From Octopus sinensis (taxonomy: Eukaryota), in contig NC_042997.1 of the NCBI RefSeq assembly GCF_006345805.1, positions 166,842,001 through 166,906,000 on the forward strand: DNA of 64,000 nt, in the 5' to 3' direction. Each line of letters begins with the position of its first letter. Within the stretch, counting starts at the first letter, position 1. The position numbers and the translations under genes are program-made. Shown piece after piece: positions 27,588 through 41,110 of the stretch. The notes under the pieces are model-generated. The model searched no databases and was not told the DNA's origin. It worked only from the letters and a program-made list of their open reading frames with translations.

Positions 27588-29094
27588 GATTCCAAAGTTT
27601 TGTAGTATTGAATCCACAATCTTGAATATTACTCCAACAAATTGGAGTATCTTATTTAAAAGTTTTGGTCTGCCAGTTGAGGCATATACGTTTAGAGAAA
27701 GATGTGTATGTCTATATTTTATTTATTCATTTACTGTTTTCATATATCTGCGAAGAATCTGTGAAAAGAAGAAAGTAAAATTGTATGAAAAGTTTCTTTG
27801 GTGAAACTCAATGTACAAAAGAAATTTTGGAACATCATGCAAGTCCACGACCTTTTTGTAGTCTTTCTAGAACGTTTTTTTCTATTTACTTATTTGAGTT
27901 CTGTCTATTTGTCTCCCAGATATAAATACCATCGTTATAATTTGAACTGAATCCCTGATATTTAATAAAACGCCTATCAGAGATGCAGTATCAAAGTCAC
28001 TGTTTACAGCAGTCAGTTATACTTCTTGCTCTATGACACAGATGTTGAAATAAATAAACATGTTTATCACGATGTAATGAAGTTGGTTTATGCATCAAGA
28101 CTACAATTTTGCGTTCGATCACTTTGCATGGTATCTTAATCTGCTGGGTTTGAGGTGCCTGTAGCTGAGTATATTCTATTGTAAGCATCAGGGCCAGATC
28201 TCCGGTTCGAGGACGGCTTCCTCTTTGTATCCATGAGACAAGGAGGTTTTGATAAGGTTTATGGGCACTGCTCTCTTTTATTCCTCTGACTAAGTCATTA
28301 AAGGCAACATAAAAAAGTTGAAAATGAAGGATCAAGTCGACTTTTGTGGTATTTGATCTTAGAATCTAAGGGAATGAAGTTCATATTGAAATAATTTATT
28401 TCTGAAGTATTAAAGTATCTTGACATATTTCTTTCTATTACTGGCTCAAAGCCTGAAATTTAGGGGAAGAGGCTAATCGATTGCATCGATTCTATAGCTC
28501 GACTGATAGACTCTGAAAAGATGGAAGACAAAGTCGATTCGACAGAATTTGAATTCAGAACATAAAGCCGGCAGAAATGGTGCGAAATATTTTGTTCGGC
28601 GTACCAGCGATTCTGCCGGCTCACCACTCTAGCATCTTCATATAATCAGCACTCTATACCAAGAATGATCGGCTTCTGTTAAACCTAATTCACGGCACAC
28701 TTGATTCTCCCTTACAACCATATCATATCACATGTCATCAATTTTTTAGAAATGCACAGGCACATCATTAACATTAACTTCATTCAGTCTCTCTCTCTCT
28801 CTCTCTCTCACGCACATACTCACGCATACACATTCTACATGCACGATAAAATTTTGGGTGGGGTTGTCATGAAAGATCATTAGATGTTGCGGTGAACAGC
28901 CTTTGCAATGACTCTGATTGCGTGTGTGCGGATGTGCGCATGTGTGTGAGTATGAGTATGATTATAAACAATTACGTAGTTACAGCAATAACATACTATA
29001 AACTACCCCACAGTGGTGTATTGTGCACATTTACCATTTACCATTTTGCACGAAATCATAACACATATATCTCGTATACATATATACATACAGA

Positions 29095-29414
29095 CAGTGG
29101 CGGACTGGCTAGGTTGCCAACGTGCCTGATGGCAGGTGGCCCCCTGCGCCACCAGAATCCATATATGGGGGCCCATACCCTCAAGTTTGAAAATCTTTTA
29201 ATTCACTCATGGAAGAATGCATTATTTCAGCCTGGCTGTGTTTGTAGACAGTGGAAAAGAATACTTTTAGCAAAAAAAAAAAAGAGAAAGATTAAATGAT
29301 AGCATTGTAGTTGCGAGAGGGCCCTCTTGTAGTTGTGGGTGAGCTCTCTTGTAGTTGCTGGTGGGCCCCCTTAGTCTCCTGGCAACCAATATTTTTAGAC
29401 CCAGTCCGCCACAG
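29095..29414. mobile_element. hAT-like MITE, 320 bp
   Basis: 14-bp TIR cagtggcggactgg / ccagtccgccacag (13/14 match) and perfect 8-bp TSD catacaga at 29087-29094 and 29415-29422. Confidence 0.88.
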
Positions 29415-29419
29415 CATAC

Positions 29420-29464
<45 letters not shown>

Positions 29465-29999
29465 TATGTAGATACTCACATATAACAATGTGTGTGTGTG
29501 CTTATGTATTGGCGGGCGGAGCTTCGCAACCATATGTTTCCGGGCTCGATTTAAATATTTGTCTTCTACTACAGTTACACGATGACAAGTAACAGACTGC
29601 GCTTGATATAATCAATCAAACCTTTGAAGAACCTTTAGGTTCTTCAGCATGACCAGAGTCCAGAGTGTGAAATCCTTAAAAGAATACTAAAATATAAAAC
29701 ATTTAAAAACAGCACAGCTGAAGACGAAACGGAAAAAAAAAGGGAGGAGAAATATAATTCGATTCCTGGATCGGGTGGTGCGTTGTGCTTTTGAGCAAGA
29801 CAATTCGTCTTACGTTGCTCTGCGATCACTTCGACAAATGACGTGTGGCAAACCGTACATTTATAACAGACGTTGCGATTTGATGGAGGAAGAGTGCTTG
29901 AGTGCAGCACAAACGTTTAATCACTACAAACAAATCACCTGTGCTGGTTGTTGAGTAAGAAATTGTAGAAGCGTCTTCTCTCGAACTCGAGACGTTATT

Positions 30000-30461
30000 A
30001 TTATTAATATTGTCTTACTTTTATCACATGCTTTCACTGCACAACCGAGTACATCTCTGTGTGACTGACTTGGATATATGCTGTGGGTTGCTTTGATGTT
30101 GTCATTTTCACTGTATTGAAAATGCTTTACGTAAGAAGTATGCGGTGCCAAGTTGTGCTATTTTCTGTATGTATATATATTCCTATATGCTGGTGTTTGG
30201 TTATGTATTTGAATATTTTTTAATCATGCCTATTGTACCTACTATTATAGGGACTCTTTCTGCTTTTAGGGTTCACATTCGGGTTATCTCTATTTCCAGG
30301 TGTTTGTATTCTGAGAGTTTCCTAATTTCTTTTAGAGATAGACTGTCATCATACGTCGATTTGAAGGCATTTTTTCAAGAAAGTCTCTAATAACTATATC
30401 CGGTCTATTAACCTTGATCACTCCATCTGTGTCCCAAAGTATATCCCAAAGTATGGTTTCT

Positions 30462-30465
<4 letters not shown>
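30000..30465 (-). mobile_element. R4/Dong-type LINE 3' fragment (restriction-like endonuclease)
   Basis: NRPDIVIRD...IDV...EYKHLEIEITRM*...PIIVGTIGMI...IQKIAQLGTAYFLRK. (TAA)n at both ends. Confidence 0.8.
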
Positions 30466-30514
<49 letters not shown>

Positions 30515-30515
<1 letters not shown>

Positions 30516-30805
30516 GTCTATGTTTGTACAAGTTGGCTCCAAGTCTCACCCAGAGACCTCAAGAGACAACAGGTTGGGAGTTCACGTTGTTGATATGCCT
30601 AGTGTGCCATATATTTGGGGATTTTTTAGTGTTGTACTAGTGAATGTCTAATAAATAAATAAATAAAAGTTTGTTTTAAACCTTGAGATTACATAGAGAG
30701 TATTTTGCGTAGGATATGAGCAGTTCCCATGAGCACTATCTTTTGAATTTCTGCCATTTTGGGGTTTCCTGGTATCTGAGTTAGGTAGCAATCAGCCCCT
30801 TTCGC
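30515..30805 (-). mobile_element. Second R4/Dong-type 3' fragment
   Basis: EIQKIVLMGTAHILRKILSM* plus 3' UTR, between (TAA)n tracts. Confidence 0.75.
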
Positions 30806-30863
<58 letters not shown>

Positions 30864-31279
30864 CTATCATTATTATTATCATTATTATTATTATTACTAT
30901 TATTATATTGTCGTTGCACATCTAACGCTGGAGATGTGCTACGGTGTCAGCTATACACTGCCAGTGAACTAAGGTAACACCCCTTATTTTTCGAGCACCA
31001 TCCGGAGTACTACTACTACTACTACTACTACTACTATTTGTCTTTGTTCACTCAATATGAAGCAAAAACAACTTGCACATCCAAATCACATGAGAAACGT
31101 AGAGGTTAACACATTAGTATGCAATCAAAGCCCAGCATCGAATACAAACATTTGAAAGTCCCCCTGAAAGATAAATATAATGCATTTTTTTTTCATTTGC
31201 ATTTCCAATAAGGATTCTTTCATTTTTGTCCCCAACGAAAAACTATATACACTGGCTGGTAATACTCTGTTTACCGCTT

Positions 31280-31630
31280 ATCTTTTTATTCGTTTCAGTC
31301 GTTATACAGCCGCCATGTTGGGGCTCCGCCTGAAAGGTTTAGTCGAACAAAGTGACCACTGTACTTATTTTATGCCTGGTACTCCACTGTCAAACCTCTA
31401 ATTTACGGGAACGTAAACAAACCAACACCAGTCAGCAAATGCACACACACACACACACACATACACATATGCGCAAACGCGGGGCTTCCATACAGTTTAG
31501 AAAACCACTTACAAGGCACTGGTCGGTTAGGGGCTATAATAATTGAAACTTGCCCAAAGTGCCATTCAGTGGCACTGAATCCAAATCCACGTGGTTTGCA
31601 AAAAAGCGAGCTTCTTAACTACACAACCAT
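31280..31630 (-). mobile_element. SINE family B, diverged
   Basis: Tail, (CA)n core and head in reverse order. Confidence 0.7.
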
Positions 31631-32079
31631 TCTTATATGTGGTATAAGAATGGCATAAATCAAATAAACAATAACATGTAAATATTAACACAGAGAAGAA
31701 GAGAGGGATTAAGATTAGAAATACGAAGAGAAACAGACTGATGACTGACAGACGGCCAGACAAGTAGAAAAGCAGACAGACCGACCGACCGACAGACAGA
31801 CAGAGACCCCCCACACACACACAGACAGACAACCAAATTGATAGAGATATAGACAGATAAATTGATAGATAGATATATGGAAAGATAGGGAAATTGATAT
31901 TATTGAATTAAAAACAAAAACGTACATTAACAATAGTAAATTTGCATTTGACGTTATGTTGTTTCCATAGTTACGATACGCATTTATCGATTGGTTTAAG
32001 AATTAATCCTCAAAACAGAAATAGGTTCTGTTTTGCTGCCTGATCATCTGCAATTACTTTAGGACAGGTGTTCTGTACT

Positions 32080-32178
32080 ATGCACACACACACACACACA
32101 CACACACAAATATATATATACATATATATATGTATATGCACACACACATATATATGTATATAATGTATATACATACAT

Positions 32179-32221
<43 letters not shown>

Positions 32222-32308
32222 ATATATAATATACATATATATATATATATATGTGTGTATATATATATGTATATATATATATGTATATATTATATGTATA
32301 TATATATG

Positions 32309-32354
<46 letters not shown>

Positions 32355-32370
32355 TGTGTATATATATATG

Positions 32371-32412
<42 letters not shown>

Positions 32413-32436
32413 GGTATATATATATATATATAATAT

Positions 32437-32477
<41 letters not shown>

Positions 32478-32600
32478 TGTATATATATATATATATATAT
32501 ATTTATACATAAATATATATATATATATCTGTATGTATACGTATATACATGTGTGTGTATGTATGCGTGCGTGTGTGTCTGCGTTTATATATGTATGTGT
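32080..32600. repeat. (CA)n/(TA)n/(TATG)n microsatellite block
   Basis: Directly visible. Confidence 0.97.
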
Positions 32601-33027
32601 GTTTGTGTGTACCTGTGTGTGTCCTTAAGCATGTCTGGATCACATCTTAACACAGAGCCGACTAAATCTCACACAGTGACACTAAATCATTCTGCGGCCA
32701 TTCGTTCTAATCCACATGTCAACGTAGCCGCTAATCGATGTCTAACAAATCACATAAGCATACTCCCCATTCTCCTTCACACACTATCTCTCTACATAAC
32801 GTCTCCTACCACCCTTTTAACTCACTTCTTATCATATTTTAATATTTCTAGTCCCAACTAGTAAATATTATATGTAACACAGTGAATTCACCTTTTACCA
32901 GTAACATGTGATACCAGCGTCCGGTGCGAGCATGGTACATAACATCATATATTATAAACTCCACCAAGAACGGAGTATGCCAATGTATATCATGAGTGCT
33001 CTACTCCACCATTCCAGCATACACCTA

Positions 33028-33253
33028 TTTCTTTACTACCCACAAGGGGCTAAACACAGAGAGGTCAAACAAGGACAGACAAACGGATTAAGTCGATTAC
33101 ATCGACCCCAGTGCGTAACTGGTACTTAATTTATCGACCCTGAAAGCATGAAAAGCAAAGTCGACCTCGGCGGAATTTGAACTCAGAAGGTAACGGCAGA
33201 TGAAATATGGCTACGCATTTCGCCCGGCGTGCTAACGTTTCTGCCAGCTCGCC
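33028..33253 (-). mobile_element. SINE family A monomer
   Basis: 11-bp TSD gcatacaccta at 33017-33027 and 33254-33264. Confidence 0.92.
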
Positions 33254-34413
33254 GCATACACCTACCATCATTAATACACTAGACCAGCTTTCACCATCAA
33301 ACTACACGAATACATACTTTCAAAGACATAGTAGAGTAATTATCAACATTACCAACGATACTCAGCATCAGTAATGCACTATACTCGCACAACCACGAAG
33401 AACACATTGTACTAAGCATCGTCCACAAAACTCTGCCTTGGCACATACTAAACAACATCCATCTTCGGCACATCGCTAACGTGCAATGCAACCGTCAACA
33501 GATTATATAACCACTGCTATCAACACATAACACTAACCGCTATCTTCAACATACTACACTAACCACTAACATTATGATTTTCGTCTGTCGGAGTAACGAG
33601 AACCATCTCATCAATCTAGGATGACTGATGACTTGTGCTGTGACGTTATTTGAAGCGAAGAATTGTGCAGCGTAAATCTCACTCTCTCGTCCGTGACCAT
33701 CTTCAAGTCAGTGGTAAGACCAGGTCAAGACGATTGGTGATGGATACAGATGCAGTGGATAACCAAAATGTCTTACTTGCCACATCTTGCCTTTTTACAC
33801 TCCCCTCATCCCCCTCCATTGAACCATGAAAGTTCGCCGGATCCAGTCTTCACGTTGGCAAATCATAATGTGCTAGTTAACCCATAACTGGGACCCTGAC
33901 AGTTGCTACGTTCTGAGTTCAAATTCCGCCGAGGTTGACTCTTCCTTTTTTTTCGGGGTGAATAAATTAAGTACCAGTTGAGCATTGGTGTCAGCTTTAC
34001 CCCCATTCCGAAATCGCTAGCTTTATGCCAAAATTTGAAACCGACATTATATTTAATATAGGAAATGTTGGTCGCAACATGTAAAATATTTTCTCCATTC
34101 ATCGGAAATGCTTAAAATGGATCTTTGTTCAAGGTTAACGTCTATTTTAAAATTACAAAAAAAAAAAAAGAAAAGAAAAGAAAAAAAAACAGTTAAGAAA
34201 GAATTGTAACTTAAGCTATATAAATTTCTATAAAATTGTGAAACATTTTTTGATCGATGTAATAACATGATTCAATGCCATTATCTCTCAAGAAATCGAA
34301 TCTGATGCTAAGTTTGAGTCCGTCTTATTTCATACTATGATTTTCCACTACTTCACATTCTTACTTTTAAAATGTCTAACATTTTCTCTTTCCTTTCTAT
34401 CTTCGGTCTCTTT

Positions 34414-34483
<70 letters not shown>

Positions 34484-35935
34484 TATATAACAAGACCTAT
34501 GACGTTCCTTCTCCCAACACTTATTTCAAGGAAGACTTATGAAGAAAGTACAGAGCACTCTACGATATATCTTTTGTTGTTTGTTTTACATCGTCTCATT
34601 TTTATCATCAAATACACAGTCTTGGACTTCCTCTTTAAGCTCTGTGAATTCGCTAAAATAAATACCAGTAATATACTATAAATTTGAATAAATACCAATA
34701 ATATACTATAAATTTAATCAACTCTAATACAGGAAAATCGGGATTTTTTTTTTTTACAAAGTTAAAATCAGTGAAAGAATCAACGCATTTTCTACGAGAC
34801 CTCACGCGAGACACTTAGCCTACAGCAGAAAATGACTGATAATTGATTGAATCACAAGACATATAATTAGCAGATAACTGATTAAGTGAAATATGAGTAT
34901 TTTAATTTATTTCTAGTCGATGCTGCAAGATGTTATCCATAGCTTTACAGGTATTCATTATAAGAAGCAGACACAAATAATATCAAAATCAGGCGACGTC
35001 AATTCCAGTGGAACGTATTTCGAAAGCTATTCGTTCAGCATTCAAATATCTAACTGAAATATAATCCGGCCAACCTGTTAACTAGTTTATCAGCTCCAGA
35101 TAATATGCATAGCCGCAATTTTCAGGAAACAATTTCAGCTATTTAACCTCAGCTATAGTTATTTCATCACGTGAGCCAGCTTTGGCGTGTCGTGGTCGTG
35201 TCACTGTGTGAATCTTCGTGGGCCACTTTCTTATCTAGAATGTCTAAATAACTTGTATGTTTGGATTGCATAACACTCTAGTTATCTAGTTTTGGGGTAA
35301 AAAAATTTATGACGTAATTATATTGGCCTCCAGTGTTGGTCGTAACTTGGTGGTCTACAAAACGATGGAGCTTTTGAAATGTACCTTTTCTTATCACTCA
35401 GGATAAGACTAAGCGATCCCCGCTGGTGTGCGTCAGTATGAAATCTTTTGCTTAATACGAAGGGGCTGGAGCAGAGTCACGTGAAAGTAAGCGAGAGAGA
35501 CAGAGTGAAGAAGAGGGTGAGTGAGAGAGAGAGAGAGAGAGAGATAGAAGGATAGAGAAAGAGGAAGAGAGAGAGAGAGTTGAGAGAAAGAAACTGACTG
35601 ATTAGCAAAGAGAATGAGTGATGTATAGGCAGATAAAGCTAAATATAGAGAAAGAGGAAGCGAAACTGAAAGACAGAACAGGAAATAGAGGAAAAGCTAC
35701 AAACATTTTCAGAGAGGGAAGGGGAAGTGAAATAGAGAGAAGTGGGGGGGGGGGGATGAGCCAAAGCATACCGACCCGTATATAAATGGACATATATTTT
35801 TTATCACACATACGTACAGAGATACATATATCTGTGTATGGGTTGTATTCATATCATATGTACACACATTTACATACATATATACACACAATACATACAC
35901 ACAAACGCACACACAACATATATATATATACAAAT

Positions 35936-35974
<39 letters not shown>

Positions 35975-35978
35975 ATAT

Positions 35979-36026
<48 letters not shown>

Positions 36027-36507
36027 AAGGCTACATTATAATCGTAACCGCAGAAATACTCACATTGAGTAAAACCATTAACTGGAAGTGGTTCATAAAG
36101 GCCACTTTAATAAACGAAATAATATTTATCCGTCATTTATTATGATACAACACATCTTATCCACTCAGTGTAATGCACTCAACGCATATGAATCAGTGCA
36201 ATTTTCTTGTGGTATTAGAGATGAAACGAGAGGAAAATATTTGAAACGGTAAATACATAAGATTGCAAGAATGGAATATATTTTAGCTTAAATGGTCAGA
36301 GTTCCGATTCAGCAACTTGTTTTTTGTTTATTTTTCATTCTTCTCTTTATTTTATCGGTCATTAGCATTCAACGCATTTTTTAATCTTTTATCTTTCACT
36401 TGTTTTAGTCATTAGAAGGCAGCCATGCTGGGGCACCGCCGTGAAATTTTTTTTAGTCAACTGTTTCGATACCAGTCCTTATCTTTTAAAATACTGGTAC
36501 TTATTCT

Positions 36508-36923
36508 TATTTCTTTACTGCCCACAAGGAGCTACACACGGAGGGGACAAACAAGGTCAGACAAACGGATTAAGTCGATTATATCGACCCCAGTGCGTAA
36601 CTGGTACTTATTTAATCGACCCCGAAAAGATGAAAGGCAAAGTCGACCTCGGCGGAATTTGAACTCAGAACGTAGCGGTAGACGAAATACCTATTTCTTT
36701 ATTACCCACAAGGGGCTAAACACAGAGGGGACAAACAAGAACAGACATAGGTATTAAGTCGATTACATCGACCCCAGTGCGTAACTGGTACTTAATTTAT
36801 CGACCCCGAAAGGATGAAAGGCAAAGTCGACCTCGGCGGAATTTGAACTCACAACGTAACGCAGACGAAATACTGCTAAGCATTTCGCCCGGCGTGCTAA
36901 CGTTTCTGCCAGCTCGCCGCCTT
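36508..36923 (-). mobile_element. SINE family A dimer (head + two bodies) inserted in a family B SINE (36400-37205)
   Basis: 18-bp TSD aatactg(g/a)tacttattct at 36490-36507 and 36924-36941. The host SINE rejoins across it. Confidence 0.9.
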
Positions 36924-37289
36924 AATACTGATACTTATTCTATCGGTTCTTTCGCCGAACTACAAAGTTACGAGGATGTAAACACACCAGCACCGGTTGT
37001 CAAGTGGTGGTGGAGGATACAAAGACACACACATACACATATGTACAACGGTCTTCTTTCAGTTTCCGTCTATCAAATCCATCCACAAGGCTTTGGTCGA
37101 CCCGAGGCTATAATAGAAGACGCCCAAGGTGACGCGCAGTGGGACTGCGCCCGGAACCATGTGGTTAGGGAGCGAGCTTCTTACCACATAGCCACGCCTG
37201 CGCCAAAATATTTTCTAAATGTCATTTAATTTTGGTACCCAAAAGTGTTCCTTGAACATGTTCCTAGAATAGTACTCTCTTTTACTCTT

Positions 37290-37670
37290 TACTCTTTTAC
37301 TTGTTTCAGTCATTTGACTGCGGCCATGCTGGAGCACCGCCTTTAGTCGATCAAATCGACCCCGGAACTTATTCTTTGTAAGCCCAGTACTTATTCTATC
37401 GGTCTCTTTTGCCGAACCGCTAAGTGGCGGGGACGTAAACACACCAGCATCGGTTGTCAAGAAAGGGGGACAAACACAGACACACAAACACACACACACA
37501 CATATATATATATACATATATACGACAGGCTTCTTTCAGTTTCCGTCTACCAAATCCACTCACAAGGCATTGGTCGGCCCGGGGTTATAGCAGAAGACAT
37601 TTGCCCAAGATGCCACGCAGTGGGACTGAACCCGCAACCATGTGGTTGGTTAGCAAGCTACTTACCACAC
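37290..37670 (-). mobile_element. SINE family B
   Basis: Near full length; close match to 44154-44560. Confidence 0.9.
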
Positions 37671-38228
37671 GTACAAACAAACATACATGCATGCACAATA
37701 TGTGCACACGTTCACATGCTTTTATTTAGCTGGATATGTTGGAACCCGTGGATGAGGATATTTAGTGTATGTTTTTATAAGGATATTTCTTCAACAGTTT
37801 AATGGTGGTTTTAGTTAATAATCGGTATATTTATTCATGTGTCTATACGTATGAATATATTTCTAAGAGTGAATGACGAATGTCTGCGAGCATGTGTATA
37901 CATATACATACACGCACACTCCTACAGTCATACACATATTTATACCCATACACATACAATCACATGCAGAGATATGTGTGTGTGCATGTGCGTGCGAATA
38001 TGAGTATTTGTATGAATGAATGTATATACTTATATATAACTATATTCATTCATTCATTCATTCAATCATGCATACATACATACATACATACATACATGCA
38101 TACATACATACAAACACACATACATACATATGAATGTGTTTTTGTGTGTTTAATATATATATATGTATATATAATATATATGTAAACAAAATTATATTTT
38201 TTTTTAGAAGCGTCGAATGTGAGTCGTG

Positions 38229-38319
<91 letters not shown>

Positions 38320-38360
38320 ATGGAATAATTACGACGAAGCATCGTCTAGAATATTGTATA

Positions 38361-38613
38361 ATTGTATAAAGGATCGTGGGTAAGGCTAAAACAATGCGAA
38401 GTAAATGCAAGGTAAATCACAAGAAAACAAATAATGAATTAATGTAGACTTACCTTGTATTCAATATTTCGGTGTTATGATCCCCATGAAAACGAAGTCA
38501 TAAACCCGAAATATTGAATACAAGGTAAGTCTACATTAATTCATATATTTGTTTTCTTGTGATTTACCTTGCATTTACTTCGCATTGTTTTAGCTTTACC
38601 CACGCTCCTTTAT

Positions 38614-38618
<5 letters not shown>
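38361..38618. mobile_element. Palindromic element, arms ~120 bp, probably Penelope-like
   Basis: 38361-38480 pairs with 38498-38618. Shares an 18-nt block with 39203-39220. Confidence 0.8.
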
Positions 38619-38703
<85 letters not shown>

Positions 38704-38891
38704 CCGTGCGTGTATGTATGTAAGTATGTATGTATATGTCTGTGTGTATGAGGAAATATAAGTATGCATAAGTATGTAAGTGTATATGTATGTATATATA
38801 TATATATCCTACGCATACACACACACTCTCAAACGCACACATATATTATATACAAAAGCATACTTACATATACATACATACATACATACAT

Positions 38892-39001
<110 letters not shown>

Positions 39002-39179
39002 AAATAGTAAAAAGTGAAAAAACTACAGAAGGCTTGTTTTAAAAGGTTAAAAAATATATATTTGAGTCAATATGTCTGAAGAATGTTATAATTTTTTTCA
39101 TACAATGACATAGTTTTTGAAGAAATGACCGGTTTCGCGTTCAGCTTTTCAAATTTCTTACATCGTTATGTTAGTAGTT

Positions 39180-39330
39180 GCTTTGCGCATTTCTCAATGT
39201 GCTCCTTTATACAATTATACCACAATTTTTAATCTTTCCATTTTACCAATGTGCTATCGGAACACCAACACAAATTAGACTAAACAAGGAAACATTCTTC
39301 ATTGAAAAATGCAAGCCCAAACTTAACCAT
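39180..39330 (+). mobile_element. Penelope-like element, GIY-YIG C-terminal remnant
   Basis: FLIFPFYQ...IRLNKETFFIEKCKPKLN resembles PLE endonuclease C-termini (RxxKExxFI...PxLN). Short, so tentative. Confidence 0.55.
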
Positions 39331-39369
39331 TCCAACATACTTATACAGAGAAATTCACTCCAAAAGAAA

Positions 39370-39587
39370 GGCAAGAAATTTTGGCCGCCATGGGTTTTGC
39401 AGTAAATCACTAAATCATCCATAACTTTTGTATTATCCTCTCAAATTACACCAAAATCCCAGACAATAACAATTAATATTGTATTTATTGTCTGTGAAAA
39501 TTATAGAAAATAAAACAACTTTGATAAAAAATTATATCTACTTTTCTGACGAAAACAATGCCGTTCTGAACATTTTGGCCGCAACTG
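39370..39587. mobile_element. Tc1/mariner-like terminal arm
   Basis: Ends ...ttttggccgcaactg|ta (CAGTTG end, TA flank). ttttggccgc is repeated ~190 bp inside, as in IR/DR arms. Partner arm not found. Confidence 0.4.
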
Positions 39588-39858
39588 TATATGTATGTAT
39601 ATACACAAATATATAGATAAATACATAATTAATAATATCAGGGTAATAAAGGTTTTAGAAATGTTCACTACCAGTGGTCTATCGTATAGATCCAGGAAAT
39701 AGATGGTAAATGTTTTTTTTTCATTCCCTTCGAGATTTTATCCCTAATTAGTGGTTTGAACTTTAGCTGTTCCTTCTAGCGTAAGGGAGTCCTCTGATGG
39801 ATACCTCTTAATGTGTTTAAATGTACACTGTATTTCATATATATATGCAAATATAAAT

Positions 39859-39891
<33 letters not shown>

Positions 39892-40596
39892 AATATGTGT
39901 GTATATATATATATACATATATATATATACATATATAAATATGTGTGTATATATTCTTATATGTGTATATATATTCCAATGTATTCCTATATACATGCAT
40001 ATGTATATAAATGTACGCATATGTTCATGTCATCATAAATTATTATTTATTTAGGTGTAATGCAAACTATTTCAGAACTAAGCATTCAGAAAATCAAGTC
40101 CATAAACAGTGTTAATTCGCAGTATGTTCGGCTCCATTTATGCAACAATTTTCTTTATAAAACATATGGGAATTATAACATCGTAATACGTATTCGCAAT
40201 ACACCTGACATTACAAGTACGTGTCACCAGAGAGACTGTGAATGATGGTCGTTGTGCAGACTGCCACAATAACTCATATGCTTGCTGTTACAGATAGAAT
40301 TTAGAACAATACTTTAGAAAATTACTCTAGTAATTTACTGACTAGTAGTTTCAATATCTTGCCCGGCTCCTTTTCTTGTTTCAGTCATTGGACTGCAACC
40401 ATGCTAGGGCATCGCCTTGACGGATTTGTCAAACAAATCTACCCCAATACTTATTTTATTTAGGTCTTATACTTTATTGGAATCTCTACCAAACCGCTCG
40501 GTTACGGGACCAAAAACAAGACAATACTGTCTGTCAAGCTGTGGAGAGGACACACACACAACACACACACACACACCACACACACACACACACACA

Positions 40597-40637
<41 letters not shown>

Positions 40638-40881
40638 AACACATGTATACGATGGGCTTTTATACACTTTTCTCAACCAAATTTACTCACAAGGTATTGG
40701 TCAAATCGAGACTTTAGTAGAATATACTTGTCACACACGCAGTGGGAATGAAGTCGAGAACATTTGCTTACAAAGTGATCTTGTTCTTGTCCAAAACGCA
40801 TAAATATCGCTGTCCCAGTAGATATACGTAAAAAAAAGGACCCACAAATAGAGACAGCGGGGGAGAAACGGTATATATACA

Positions 40882-41110
40882 GCGAGCTGGCAGAAACGTT
40901 AGCACGCCGGACGAAGTGCGTAGCCGTATTTCGTCTGGCATTATGTTCTGAGTTCAAATTCTGCCGAGGTCGACTTTACCTTTCATCCTTTCGGGGTCGA
41001 TGAATTAAGTACCAGTTACACACTGGGGTTGATGTAATTGACTTAATCCGTTTGTCTGACCTTGTTTGTCCCCTCTGTGTTTGGCCCCTTGTGGATAGTA
41101 AAGAAATAGG
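40882..41110 (+). mobile_element. SINE family A monomer
   Basis: Complete head and body, ending aaagaaataggtat. Confidence 0.9.

Noticed and set aside
39775-39830. GTA-agg/cct-CTGATGG hammerhead-like motif (also ctgacga at ~42715 and ~50729)
   Set aside because: No correctly placed GAAA or helix III, so too degenerate to call.
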